64,000 nt of DNA, from NCBI GenBank assembly GCA_020852705.1, contig JADZAP010000004.1, forward strand, positions 81,486 to 145,485, given 5' to 3'. Source of the stretch: Ignavibacteria bacterium (GTDB lineage Bacteria > Bacteroidota > Ignavibacteria > Tepidaquicellales > OLB5). The notes below the pieces were generated by a model. That model was not told where the DNA came from. It did not search any database and saw only the letters and a list, made by a program, of their open reading frames with translations. Positions within the stretch are counted from its first letter, which is position 1, and each line of letters begins with the position of its first letter. Positions 38,981 through 49,256 of the stretch are shown here, in pieces. Position numbers and translations under genes: made by a program.

Positions 38981-39083
38981 TTAAACTTTAGAATTATTTT
39001 GCCAAAATGAATTTTTTAAAGATCAAATACAAAACAATAACATTTTTTAAAACTAACTATTTTAATAATTAAATTTAACAGCT

Positions 39084-39659
39084 ATGAAAAAAACATTTTT
39101 CATGCTAATTTCTGTTATTGCTGTATTAGCAAATTCAATCACTGCATTTTCACAGGATGACCAGACAAAAAAATGGATGGACTACATGACACCGAGCGAA
39201 ATGCATAAAATGCTTTCAAATGGTGCAGGTATGTGGGATGTTAAATCTACATTTTGGATGACACCTGGAGGTGAACCAAATATTTCAACTGCAACTGCTG
39301 AATCTGAAATGATAATGGATGGCAGATATCTTCAGACTAAAATTTCTGGAAATGTGATGGGAATGCCGTTTAATGGATTTTTAATTGAAGGTTATGATAA
39401 TGCATTAAAACAATTCCAGTCTTTTTGGATTGATAATATGGGAACAGGTACTGTGTTTTTGACCGGAGTTTATGATGGAAAAAGCAAACAAATAAACTAT
39501 ACAGGCAAAATGTGTGATCCAATTTCGGGAGGTATGGTAGATGTGCGTGAAGTTGTAACATATAATTCAGATGGCTCTACAAAAATGGAAATGTACGTAC
39601 CCGGACCAGAAGGTAAAGAATTTAAAACTACTGAAATTATTTCAACGAAAACAAAATAG
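39084..39659 (+). CDS. DUF1579 family secreted protein
   Basis: 191 aa with a signal peptide. The pattern G.W......W..PG...MDGRYL...MGMPF.G....GYDN....F...WIDNMGTG is typical of DUF1579. Confidence 0.7.
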   Translation: MKKTFFMLISVIAVLANSITAFSQDDQTKKWMDYMTPSEMHKMLSNGAGMWDVKSTFWMTPGGEPNISTATAESEMIMDGRYLQTKISGNVMGMPFNGFLIEGYDNALKQFQSFWIDNMGTGTVFLTGVYDGKSKQINYTGKMCDPISGGMVDVREVVTYNSDGSTKMEMYVPGPEGKEFKTTEIISTKTK

Positions 39660-39684
39660 AATAGTAAACAGATTTGATAAAATT

Positions 39685-39711
39685 AACCTCTTATTATTAA
39701 GAGGTTTTTTA
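39685..39711 (+). terminator. Rho-independent terminator after the DUF1579 gene
   Basis: aacctctta-ttat-taagaggtt followed by TTTTAT. It overlaps the last codons of the convergent kinase ORF. Confidence 0.6.
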
Positions 39712-40785
39712 TTGTTTAAATGTAAGTGTAAATTTTGCACCTTTCTGGTTTGAAAACATTATTTTGCCATCTAGTTGTTTGGCAAATGTTTCAACAATCA
39801 TCAAACTAGTACTTTTTACATTTTTTGGGTAATCTTCAGGAAACCCTTTTCCGTTATCGGTTACAGAAAGATATATTAAATTATCTTTTTCGTTTTTCAA
39901 TTCTATTTTAATTTCAGCATTATTGTAATTGTCAAAAGCATATTTTAAAGAGTTACTGACAATTTCATTAATTATAAGCATACATGGAATTGCCTTATCT
40001 ATTGTCAAAAGAATTTCATGACAATCATAAACAAATCTAACACATCTTGAATTTCCGGAATAGACATCAACAAGACTGTGGGTTATATCTCTAATATTTT
40101 TGCAAATTTCAACTAGATTAATACTGTGTGATTTATAAAGCTGCTCATGGATTTTTGAAATTGAAATAACCCTTGACCTCGATTCATCAAGAACTTTTTT
40201 AGTTTCATCGCTATGTGCCTTAACTGATTGCAGTCTTAAAAGACTGGAAATAACCTGAAAATTATTTTTAACCCTGTGATGAATTTCTTTTAACAAAAGT
40301 TCATTTTCATTAAGCAGTTTTTCTTTTTCTAAAAGTGCTTTTTGAAGCTTATCGTTATACATTTTTTTATCATGGATATCCTCGTCAATTTCTATTATAA
40401 TTTTGCTCTTAGGGTTAGTACTTTTTAACACATAGGTATTATACCAGCGGTAATCAGAATCAATACAGCTTTTCATACGCATTTCTTTATTGAATACGAA
40501 ACCATTTTGGATTTCATTTTTCAGTAATTCAGCACTTCCTTCTGAATCGTCAAAATCATCAGGATGAATGGTAATATAGCTATCACTTTCAATTAATTCA
40601 TTTAGCTTATCCAAGTTACCGGGTTCAACTCCAACGGCTTTATAAAATCCTTGATTTGCATATATTGCTTTACCTTCCTGCCAAACAGAAATATTTGAAG
40701 GCATTGAATCAATCAGATTTTTCAATAATCCGTTTAAAGGATCATTTTCATTTTCACAGTTTAAAATTTTTGAAATAACTTCCAT
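39709..40785 (-). CDS. Cytoplasmic PAS-domain sensor histidine kinase (HisKA_2/HWE-type)
   Basis: 358 aa. H-box EIHHRVKNNFQVISSLLRLQ, a C-terminal HATPase_c region (NSLKYAF, DNGKGFP), an N-terminal PAS-like region, and no TM segment. Confidence 0.8.
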   Translation of the reverse strand: MEVISKILNCENENDPLNGLLKNLIDSMPSNISVWQEGKAIYANQGFYKAVGVEPGNLDKLNELIESDSYITIHPDDFDDSEGSAELLKNEIQNGFVFNKEMRMKSCIDSDYRWYNTYVLKSTNPKSKIIIEIDEDIHDKKMYNDKLQKALLEKEKLLNENELLLKEIHHRVKNNFQVISSLLRLQSVKAHSDETKKVLDESRSRVISISKIHEQLYKSHSINLVEICKNIRDITHSLVDVYSGNSRCVRFVYDCHEILLTIDKAIPCMLIINEIVSNSLKYAFDNYNNAEIKIELKNEKDNLIYLSVTDNGKGFPEDYPKNVKSTSLMIVETFAKQLDGKIMFSNQKGAKFTLTFKQ

Positions 40786-41074
40786 AAAGGATAATTCTTC
40801 TATATTAAAGTTCTATAATTTATAATGTGACCAATAATAGTAAATCTCAAAACTTCAGCAAAAAATTATGGACTTAATTGACCATATAAATATACACCCG
40901 AGTCATTAAATTGAATATAGCCATTTTACGTGAAAACGCATTATTTACACAATAATATGAATTTAATGTATTTCATTGAGGTTTATTTGCTTAATCGGTA
41001 TATTTGTATTCAAACAAAAACAAAAAATGCATCAAATAAGTATTTACAATATAACCCCTAAAAACAGGTTATTT

Positions 41075-42268
41075 ATGCCTTTTTTGAAAATTTTACTAGT
41101 TTTATTATGTGTTCTTTTAAATTTTACAAATCTTGTTTATACACAAAACAAGCAGGAAGACTTTAGTAAAGTTGATGCAATAATTGAAGATGGAATCAGG
41201 TCTCATGCGTTTCCTTCAGCAGTACTTATAGTTGGAAACTCAAAAGGTATAATATATCAAAACGCCTATGGCAGGTTAAAATACGAGGAAGATTCTCCAA
41301 ATACAACCTTGCGGACAATCTACGATCTTGCTTCGGTTACAAAAGTAATTGCTACAACTGCTGCAATTATGTATCTGTATGATGAAGGGAAAATTGATCT
41401 GTATGCGCCGGTAGCTTCATATATTCCGGAATTTGACAATAACGGTAAAGGTGATATTACAATATTCAATCTTCTTGTACATAATTCAGGTTTAACAGCA
41501 TGGACCCCATTTTACCAGAATCCTGAAATGGACTCACCTCAAAAAGTTAAAAATGCTATTTTTAACTGTACAAAGGAATATGAAACAGGAAGCAGAACTC
41601 TATACAGTGATTATAATGCTTTCCTGCTGGGAGAAGCGGTTGAACGAATTAGCGGTATGAAACTTGATAAATTTTGCCGAGAAAATATTTTCATCAAGCT
41701 TAATATGACAGATACATATTTTCTGGAACCGATGACTGAAGATTACAGAATAGCTCCGACAGAAAACGATACATATTGGCGTAATCAATTGCTTGTTGGA
41801 TATGTACATGATGAACTGGCTGCAATATTAGAAGGAGTTTCGGGGAATGCGGGACTTTTTTCAACCGGACCTGATCTTTTCAGGTTTATGCAGATGATGC
41901 TAAATTACGGCAGATATACAGATGAGCGAAGGATGTCTCCACAGCCATTACAGGATACATTATTTAAGAGTACAACTGTTGAATTATTTACATCAAAGGT
42001 AACCGGCTTAGGTTACAGCAATACAAGAGCACTTGGCTGGGAAACGAAACCAGAGCCGACAAAATATCCGCCGGCATGCGGTAATAAGTTTTCTTCAAAC
42101 TGTTTTGGGCACACAGGATATACTGGTACATCTGTTTGGTGTGACAGAGATAAAGACTTAATAGTAATTTTTCTAACAAACCGAGTTTATCCTGACCGTA
42201 ACAGTAATGAGATACGAAATGTTAGACCAAAGCTGCATGATGAAATATGCACAATTTTAGGATATTAA
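41075..42268 (+). CDS. Serine hydrolase, beta-lactamase/PBP4*-like (class C fold)
   Basis: SxxK motif (ASVTK) and YSD/YxN-like motif. I prefer ATG 41075 (MPFLKILLVLLCVLLNFTNLVYTQ signal peptide) over the track start at TTG 40976. Confidence 0.8.
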   Translation: MPFLKILLVLLCVLLNFTNLVYTQNKQEDFSKVDAIIEDGIRSHAFPSAVLIVGNSKGIIYQNAYGRLKYEEDSPNTTLRTIYDLASVTKVIATTAAIMYLYDEGKIDLYAPVASYIPEFDNNGKGDITIFNLLVHNSGLTAWTPFYQNPEMDSPQKVKNAIFNCTKEYETGSRTLYSDYNAFLLGEAVERISGMKLDKFCRENIFIKLNMTDTYFLEPMTEDYRIAPTENDTYWRNQLLVGYVHDELAAILEGVSGNAGLFSTGPDLFRFMQMMLNYGRYTDERRMSPQPLQDTLFKSTTVELFTSKVTGLGYSNTRALGWETKPEPTKYPPACGNKFSSNCFGHTGYTGTSVWCDRDKDLIVIFLTNRVYPDRNSNEIRNVRPKLHDEICTILGY

Positions 42269-42312
42269 GACAAACAGAATTATTTTACTTAACTTTTAAT
42301 TTTTAAAAATAT

Positions 42313-43866
42313 ATGAAAGCTTTTAAAAACGAACCATTTACAGATTTTACAAATCCAAAAAATGCTGCCAAATTTCGTGAGGCACTTGCAAAGGTAAAAA
42401 GCGAGTTAAATAAAGATTACCCGCTAATTATTGGAGGTGAAAAAATATTTACTGAAGATAAGATTGAATCTATAAATCCATCAAATACCTCAGAAATTAC
42501 AGGACGTGTTTCAAAAGCAACACCTGAGCTTGCAAACAGAGCAATAGAAACAGCTCATTTAAAATTTAATGAGTGGAAAAATACACCTGCTAGAAAACGA
42601 TCTGATTATCTTTTTAAAGCCGCATCAATAATGCGAAAGCGTAAATTTGAGTTTGCAGCGTGGATGGTATATGAAGTGGGAAAAAATTGGGCAGAAGCAG
42701 ATGGTGATGTAGCAGAAGCAATAGATTTTATGGAGTTTTATGCACGTGAAATGCTGAGATATGATAAAGGAACAAAACTTGTTAAAATTAAAGGCGAAGA
42801 AAACACACAATACTACATTCCACTTGGGGTTGGAGTAGTAATTCCGCCATGGAATTTTCCTTTAGCAATACTTGTAGGGATGACAACAGCAGCATTTGTA
42901 ACCGGAAATACGGTAGTATTAAAACCTTCAAGTGACTCACCGGTAATTGCATCAAAGTTTATGGAACTGCTGGAAGAAATTAAACTACCGGCGGGTGTAG
43001 TAAACTTTATTCCCGGCTCAGGAGGACAAATTGGAGATTTAATAGTTGAGCATCCGTTAACCAGATTTATTTCATTTACTGGATCACGAGAAGTAGGTCT
43101 TCGCATTAACGAGCTTGCAGCAAAAACACAGCCCGGGCAAAAATGGATAAAGCGTGTAACTGCAGAAATGGGCGGCAAGGATTCAATTGTTATAGATAGT
43201 GAATTAAAATCAATTGATGAAGCTGCCGCAGGAGTTATTTCATCTGCTTTCGGATTTCAAGGGCAAAAATGTTCAGCATGTTCAAGAGTTATAGTACATG
43301 ATAAGATATACGATAAATTTATTGACCTTTTGATAGAAAAAGCAGCTGCTTTAAAAATGGGACCTGCTGAAGAAAACCCGAATATGGCATCAGTGATAAA
43401 TAAAAGATCACAGGAGAGTATTTTAAATTATATACAAAAAGCAGTTGCAGAAGGCGGAAAGTTAGTGTTTGGAGGTTCAAAAGGCAGAAGCACAGGATAT
43501 TTTGTAGAACCGACAATAATAATAAATGTAAAGCCAAATGATACAATTGCACAGGAAGAAATATTTGGACCGGTACTTGCAGTAATTAAAGCTGGTAATT
43601 TTGAGGAAGGAATTGCGATAGCAAATAATACGGAGTATGGTTTAACCGGTGCAGCATATACAAAGGATAAAAAGAAGCTTAAAAAAGCAGGAGATGAAAT
43701 TTTTGTTGGTAACCTTTACCTAAACAGAAAATGTACAGGAGCACTTGTTGGGGTGCACCCGTTTGGCGGATACAATATGAGCGGAACATGTTCTAAAGCA
43801 GGCGGTTTTGATTATCTGCTGTTATTTATGCAGACAAAAATTGTTGCAGAAAAGATATATAAATAG
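42313..43866 (+). CDS. pruA: L-glutamate gamma-semialdehyde (1-pyrroline-5-carboxylate) dehydrogenase
   Basis: 517 aa. The N-terminus FKNEPFTDFTNPKN and ALDH motifs EMGGKD and GQKCSA match RocA/PruA-type P5C dehydrogenases. Confidence 0.8.
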   Translation: MKAFKNEPFTDFTNPKNAAKFREALAKVKSELNKDYPLIIGGEKIFTEDKIESINPSNTSEITGRVSKATPELANRAIETAHLKFNEWKNTPARKRSDYLFKAASIMRKRKFEFAAWMVYEVGKNWAEADGDVAEAIDFMEFYAREMLRYDKGTKLVKIKGEENTQYYIPLGVGVVIPPWNFPLAILVGMTTAAFVTGNTVVLKPSSDSPVIASKFMELLEEIKLPAGVVNFIPGSGGQIGDLIVEHPLTRFISFTGSREVGLRINELAAKTQPGQKWIKRVTAEMGGKDSIVIDSELKSIDEAAAGVISSAFGFQGQKCSACSRVIVHDKIYDKFIDLLIEKAAALKMGPAEENPNMASVINKRSQESILNYIQKAVAEGGKLVFGGSKGRSTGYFVEPTIIINVKPNDTIAQEEIFGPVLAVIKAGNFEEGIAIANNTEYGLTGAAYTKDKKKLKKAGDEIFVGNLYLNRKCTGALVGVHPFGGYNMSGTCSKAGGFDYLLLFMQTKIVAEKIYK

Positions 43867-43886
43867 CCGGCAAAAAATATATTGCA

Positions 43887-45089
43887 ATGGCTAATGCAGA
43901 AACAGATGTAATAGTTGCAGGTGCGGGAATTACAGGACTTGCAACAGCGTTAAAATTACTTGAGGCAAAACCCGGATTAAAAATAATTGTGCTTGAAAAA
44001 GAATCAGGACCTGCCATGCATCAAACGGGTAACAATAGCGGTGTGATACACTCAGGTATTTATTACAAACCCGGCAGCTTAAAAGCAGTAAATTGTATTT
44101 CGGGGTATAAGATGCTGATTGATTTCTGCAAAAAGCATGAGGTTAAATATGAGCTTTGCGGGAAAGTAATTGTTGCCACTGATATCAACGAAATTGACCG
44201 ATTACAGGAAATATATAACAGAGGGATAGCCAACGGACTTGATAAGATAAAATTAATTTCAAAGGAAAAACTTAAAGAAATTGAACCTTATGCAAACGGT
44301 ATAAAAGCAATATATGTACCATATACAGGAATAATTGACTTTCGTAAGGTATGTGAAAAATATGCAGAGATAATTAAAGCTGCGGGCGGAACAATAAAAT
44401 ATAATGAAAAAGTTACAGCTATCAGAAAGAATTCAGCTCTGAGGATTGAGACAAAAAACAGTTCTTTTAATACAAAAATATTTATAAATTGCTGCGGACT
44501 TCAATCAGATGAGGTTGCAGGATTAACCGGTGAAATGGCAGGCACAAGGATTATTCCGTTTAGAGGCGAATATTACAAAATAAAAGCAGAGCGGAGATAC
44601 TTAGTAAAAAATCTGATTTATCCTGTTCCTGATCCTGCATTTCCGTTTCTAGGCGTACATTTTACAAGAATGATATCCGGAGAAGCGGAAGCGGGTCCGA
44701 ATGCAGTGCTTGCATTTAAAAAGGAAGGATACAAGAAAACAAGTTTCAGCATAAAGGATACATTCAGAACATTTACCTGGAAGGGATTTTATTCAATAGC
44801 AGGCAAATATTACAAGACGGGACTGAGTGAATTCAGAAGATCGTTAAGTAAAAAAGCATTTGTAAAAGCATTGCAAAGACTGATGCCGGAAATTACAGAA
44901 AATGATTTAGAGCCGGGCGGTGCAGGAGTAAGGGCACAGGCAATAAGTATTGATGGTAAACTTATAGATGATTTTATGATTCAGGAGAAAGAGAATGTAA
45001 TAAATGTACTTAATGCACCCTCCCCTGCTGCAACGTCCAGTCTTTCAATTGGCAAAACTATTGCAGAAACAGTAATTAAAAAATTATAA
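43887..45089 (+). CDS. lhgO: L-2-hydroxyglutarate oxidase/dehydrogenase (FAD-dependent)
   Basis: 400 aa. GAGITGLATA dinucleotide-binding motif followed by HQTGNNSGVIHSGIYYKPGSLKA, characteristic of LhgO/YgaF. Confidence 0.75.
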   Translation: MANAETDVIVAGAGITGLATALKLLEAKPGLKIIVLEKESGPAMHQTGNNSGVIHSGIYYKPGSLKAVNCISGYKMLIDFCKKHEVKYELCGKVIVATDINEIDRLQEIYNRGIANGLDKIKLISKEKLKEIEPYANGIKAIYVPYTGIIDFRKVCEKYAEIIKAAGGTIKYNEKVTAIRKNSALRIETKNSSFNTKIFINCCGLQSDEVAGLTGEMAGTRIIPFRGEYYKIKAERRYLVKNLIYPVPDPAFPFLGVHFTRMISGEAEAGPNAVLAFKKEGYKKTSFSIKDTFRTFTWKGFYSIAGKYYKTGLSEFRRSLSKKAFVKALQRLMPEITENDLEPGGAGVRAQAISIDGKLIDDFMIQEKENVINVLNAPSPAATSSLSIGKTIAETVIKKL

Positions 45090-45093
45090 CATT

Positions 45094-45348
45094 ATGAAAA
45101 CAATAAAATATTTTTCAGCATTAATTATCATTGGTGCAATTTTAAGCTGCAGTAAAATCACAGAAAAAGTTGAAGAAAAGGTTAATGAAAAAGTGAACGA
45201 AAAAATTGATGAGAATTTAAAGAAGATAGATTCATCAATTGACAGGAATTCAATAGATTCACTAATGAAGTCAATTGATTCAATTAAAACAAAGGCAGAT
45301 TCAATAATGAACGAAGAAACAGATAAGCAGTCAAAACGCTCAAAATAA
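45094..45348 (+). CDS. Small coiled-coil lipoprotein
   Basis: 84 aa. Lipobox ILSCS, repetitive EKVNEKVNEKIDEN, charged helical remainder. Confidence 0.5.
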   Translation: MKTIKYFSALIIIGAILSCSKITEKVEEKVNEKVNEKIDENLKKIDSSIDRNSIDSLMKSIDSIKTKADSIMNEETDKQSKRSK

Positions 45349-45364
45349 TTTTAGCTGTAAGAAA

Positions 45365-45655
45365 TTGGCAATTAAGATATACATATTCATTTTTCTATCA
45401 ATATATCTGACAGGTTGCAGTATGTTTGGGAAGAAAAAATTTGAAGATACTGATACATACAGGGAACTTATGAAACGGCAGGAGGAAACTGACAAGAAAC
45501 TTGACTCCATTAGGAAGCAGAATTACAAACAGCTGAATGATTCTGTTAACAGCAGATTTAAAAGAGAGCTTGACTCCCTTAAGCGAAGCACAGATTCACT
45601 TGAAAAGGAGCTTGAAAAAAGTATACAAGACTTAAAGAAAAACAGTGCTAACTAA
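45365..45655 (+). CDS. Small coiled-coil lipoprotein
   Basis: 96 aa with a TTG start. Lipobox LTGCS, charged heptad-like remainder. Confidence 0.5.
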   Translation: MAIKIYIFIFLSIYLTGCSMFGKKKFEDTDTYRELMKRQEETDKKLDSIRKQNYKQLNDSVNSRFKRELDSLKRSTDSLEKELEKSIQDLKKNSAN

Positions 45656-45687
45656 AATAAAATTTTAATAATTACAAATAAGCAAAA

Positions 45688-46902
45688 ATGAAAATACACG
45701 AATATCAGGCAAAGGAAATTCTTTTAAAATACGGAGTACCGGTTCAAAACGGTGTTCCGATTAGAGATATAGGTGAGTTTGACGGTGCAATAGCCGCACT
45801 TCAATCAAGAGGTATAAATCAATATGTTGTAAAATCACAGATACATGCCGGAGGCAGAGGCAAGGGAAAAGTTTACAATCCGCATAACAGAGCGGAATTA
45901 ATTTTGGATGGTGGCGTAAAATTTACAACAGATATTGAAAAGGCACGTGAGTATGCCCATAAAATATTAGGCAATCTGCTTGTTACGCATCAAACCGGTG
46001 AAGAAGGAAAGATTGTAAAGACACTTTTTATAACAGAAGGATTGGATTACACACATGAGTTTTATATAGGGATACTGTTAGACAGAGCAATTGGCAGAAA
46101 TGTTATAATGGCATCAACTGAAGGCGGTGTAGAAATAGAAAAAGTTGCGGCAGAGACTCCTGAAAAAATAATTAAAGAATGGATTGACCCTAATTTAGGT
46201 TTCCAGTCATTTCAGGCAAGAAGACTTGCATTTGGACTTGGCTTAAGCGGAGATGTATTAAAAAATTTTGTATCATTTATTAAGCTGCTATATAAAGCAT
46301 ACGAGGAAAGTGATGCAACCCTGATAGAAATAAATCCAATGGCAATACTAAAAGATAATACTATAGTTGCATTAGATGCAAAGATGACACTTGATGATAA
46401 TGCAATGTTCCGCCATAAAGAATACCCTGCATTAAGAGATACAAACGAAGAAGATCCGTTAGAAGTTGAGGCATCAAGCTCAAATTTGAATTATGTTAAG
46501 CTTGATGGTAATGTTGGCTGTATGGTAAACGGAGCAGGTTTAGCAATGGCAACAATGGATATAATAAAGCTGGCAGGCGGAGAACCAGCAAATTTTCTGG
46601 ATGTTGGAGGCGGAGCTTCCAAGGAAACCGTTGAAAACGGTTTCAGGATAATTTTATCAGACCCAAATGTTAAGGCAATTTTGGTTAATATATTTGGGGG
46701 AATTGTAAGGTGTGACAGAGTTGCAGGCGGAATAATTGAAGCAGCAAAAAATATAAATATAAGGATACCTGTAGTTGTAAGACTTGCCGGAACAAATGCA
46801 GATTTAGCAAAAAAAATGTTAGATGATAGCGGATTAGCAATAATTGCTGCTGAAGGATTTAAAGATGCGGCTGAAAAAATTACAAAAGTACTGAATAATT
46901 AA
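45688..46902 (+). CDS. sucC: Succinate--CoA ligase (ADP-forming) beta subunit
   Basis: 404 aa. MKIHEYQAKEILLKYGVPV N-terminus, the ATP-grasp region and the GGIVRCD motif. Confidence 0.9.
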   Translation: MKIHEYQAKEILLKYGVPVQNGVPIRDIGEFDGAIAALQSRGINQYVVKSQIHAGGRGKGKVYNPHNRAELILDGGVKFTTDIEKAREYAHKILGNLLVTHQTGEEGKIVKTLFITEGLDYTHEFYIGILLDRAIGRNVIMASTEGGVEIEKVAAETPEKIIKEWIDPNLGFQSFQARRLAFGLGLSGDVLKNFVSFIKLLYKAYEESDATLIEINPMAILKDNTIVALDAKMTLDDNAMFRHKEYPALRDTNEEDPLEVEASSSNLNYVKLDGNVGCMVNGAGLAMATMDIIKLAGGEPANFLDVGGGASKETVENGFRIILSDPNVKAILVNIFGGIVRCDRVAGGIIEAAKNINIRIPVVVRLAGTNADLAKKMLDDSGLAIIAAEGFKDAAEKITKVLNN

Positions 46903-46959
46903 AGTAGTTATTCAATCTGTATCTTGTAAATAATTTAATTTACAAAATTACATTTCAAT

Positions 46960-48423
46960 TTGAGATCAGTTTACGAAAAATATGAATCTGTAATTGGGCT
47001 CGAGGTCCATGCACAGATGAAAACAAAGAGCAAGGCATTTTGCTTGTGCTCAACTGATTACAGTTCAGCACCAAATACAAATGTGTGCCCTGTGTGTTTG
47101 GGTCACCCGGGTACACTGCCTGTTTTAAACAAAAAGTTAGTTGAATATATTTTAAAACTTGGAATTGCAACAGATTGCAAAATCAGAAAACGCTCAATAT
47201 TTGCACGCAAAAATTATTTTTATCCTGACCTGCCTAAGGGTTACCAGATCTCACAGTTTGACCAGCCGATATGCGAGCATGGCAGGGTTGAAATAGAAGG
47301 CAAAGTGATAGGCATAACCCGCATACACATGGAAGAAGATGCGGGCAAATCGATACATGATCTTTCAACTGATGAATCGCTGGTTGACCTTAACCGATGC
47401 GGAGTTCCGCTAATTGAAATTGTAAGCGAGCCGGATATGAGAAGTTCAAAAGAAGCATACGACTATTTGACAATGTTAAAACAGCTTGTGGTTTATTTAG
47501 ATATTTGCGACGGCAATATGGAAGAAGGCAGCTTACGCTGTGATGCAAATGTATCTGTAAGAATTAAAGGTAATGATACCTTCGGAACAAAGTGTGAAGT
47601 TAAGAATCTCAATTCATTCCGTAACGCAGCCGATGCACTGGATTATGAAATAAAACGTCAGATAGAGTTAATTGAAGCAGGAGAAGAAGTAACGCATCAA
47701 ACTATGAGTTTTGATGCAAAGACAAAAACCACATATCCAATGCGTTCAAAAGAAGAGGCACATGATTACAGGTATTTTCCTGAGCCGGATTTAGTTACAG
47801 TGTATGCAGATGAAGAATGGAAGAAAAGTATAGCAGAAAATATGCCCGAACTTCCGCATGTTAAAACTGCCCGTTTCATCAAGCAGTACAACCTGCCTAA
47901 GTACGATGCAGAAGTTTTAACACAGCATAGAGGAGTTGCAGAGTATTTTGAGAGTGTTTGCAGTAATATAAGCAACAAAAACTTTAAAGCTGCAAGCAAC
48001 TGGGTTATGGGAGAAGTTATGCGTGTACTGAATGATAAAAAGATAAATATAGATGAATATCATATAAGCAGTAAAAATCTAGCTTCATTGATAAATCTAA
48101 TTTCAGAAGGGAAAATATCAAACAATACTGCCAAAGAAGTTTACAATGAAATGCTGAATACATCCGGCAGAGAAGATGAAAACCAAGAACCTGAAAAAAT
48201 TGTTAAAGAAAAAAACCTTATGCAAGTTACAGATACAGCAGAAATAGAAGGAATAGTAAAGAAAGTAATTGAAGACAACCCCAAAGAAGCAGAAAGATAC
48301 CGTTTGGGAGAAACCAAACTGCTTGGACTTTTTGTTGGGAAAGTAATGAAAGAATCAAAAGGAAAAGCTAACCCTAAAACGGTTAACGAGCTTATTTTAA
48401 AAGCATTTTCAGAACAGATTTAA
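46960..48423 (+). CDS. gatB: Asp-tRNA(Asn)/Glu-tRNA(Gln) amidotransferase subunit B
   Basis: 487 aa with a TTG start. YESVIGLEVHAQ, CPVCLGHPGTLPVLN, and a C-terminal YqeY-like tail. Confidence 0.9.
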   Translation: MRSVYEKYESVIGLEVHAQMKTKSKAFCLCSTDYSSAPNTNVCPVCLGHPGTLPVLNKKLVEYILKLGIATDCKIRKRSIFARKNYFYPDLPKGYQISQFDQPICEHGRVEIEGKVIGITRIHMEEDAGKSIHDLSTDESLVDLNRCGVPLIEIVSEPDMRSSKEAYDYLTMLKQLVVYLDICDGNMEEGSLRCDANVSVRIKGNDTFGTKCEVKNLNSFRNAADALDYEIKRQIELIEAGEEVTHQTMSFDAKTKTTYPMRSKEEAHDYRYFPEPDLVTVYADEEWKKSIAENMPELPHVKTARFIKQYNLPKYDAEVLTQHRGVAEYFESVCSNISNKNFKAASNWVMGEVMRVLNDKKINIDEYHISSKNLASLINLISEGKISNNTAKEVYNEMLNTSGREDENQEPEKIVKEKNLMQVTDTAEIEGIVKKVIEDNPKEAERYRLGETKLLGLFVGKVMKESKGKANPKTVNELILKAFSEQI

Positions 48424-48462
48424 TTTAACGATTGAAATACATAATTAAGGGAGTTTACATAA

Positions 48463-49233
48463 ATGGCAAATAATAAATTAATAGTTGCAAACTGGAAAAT
48501 GAACAAAGGACTTGTTCAGTCACAGCAGTTTGCAGATGAAATGAAACTTTACCTTGAAAAGCACAAGGTAATTGAAGCAGATATTGTATTATGCCCTCCT
48601 TTCACCTCGCTTGATGCTGTTAATAAAAAAATTACAGGAACACAGATAAAGCTTGGAGCACAAAATATGTATTTTGAAACAATAGGAGCATATACAGGCG
48701 AAATTTCACCTGGTATGCTTAAATCCTGCGGATGCGAATATGTAATATTAGGTCACTCGGAACGGAGACAGTATTTTAACGAAACTAACGCAGTGGTAAA
48801 CAAAAAAGTTTTAATAGCTCTTGATGAAGGCTTGAAACCGATAGTATGTATTGGCGAAAATCTTCAGGAGCATGAAGATAAGTTAACTGAATCTGTAATA
48901 GATGAGCAAATAACTGCATGCTTATTACATGTAAGCGAAGAAGGCATTGCAAATGTAACAATAGCTTACGAACCCGTTTGGGCAATTGGCACCGGTAAAA
49001 ATGCAACAGCACATCAGGCAGAGAGTGTTCACAATTTTCTGCGTAAAAAAATCAAAAAAATGTATAACGAAGAAGTTTCAAAAAATATAAAGATAATTTA
49101 CGGAGGAAGCGTAACACCGGAAAATGCAAAAGAACTATTTACTCCTCAAACAATAAATGGCGGACTAATTGGGGGAGCATCTTTAGAAGCAGAAAAATTT
49201 ATAAAAATAATTAATGCATCAAATATTAAATAA
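48463..49233 (+). CDS. tpiA: Triosephosphate isomerase
   Basis: 256 aa. ANWKMN, GHSERR and AYEPVWAIGTG motifs. Confidence 0.9.
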   Translation: MANNKLIVANWKMNKGLVQSQQFADEMKLYLEKHKVIEADIVLCPPFTSLDAVNKKITGTQIKLGAQNMYFETIGAYTGEISPGMLKSCGCEYVILGHSERRQYFNETNAVVNKKVLIALDEGLKPIVCIGENLQEHEDKLTESVIDEQITACLLHVSEEGIANVTIAYEPVWAIGTGKNATAHQAESVHNFLRKKIKKMYNEEVSKNIKIIYGGSVTPENAKELFTPQTINGGLIGGASLEAEKFIKIINASNIK

Positions 49234-49256
49234 ATAACAATAAGATTACAAATTAT

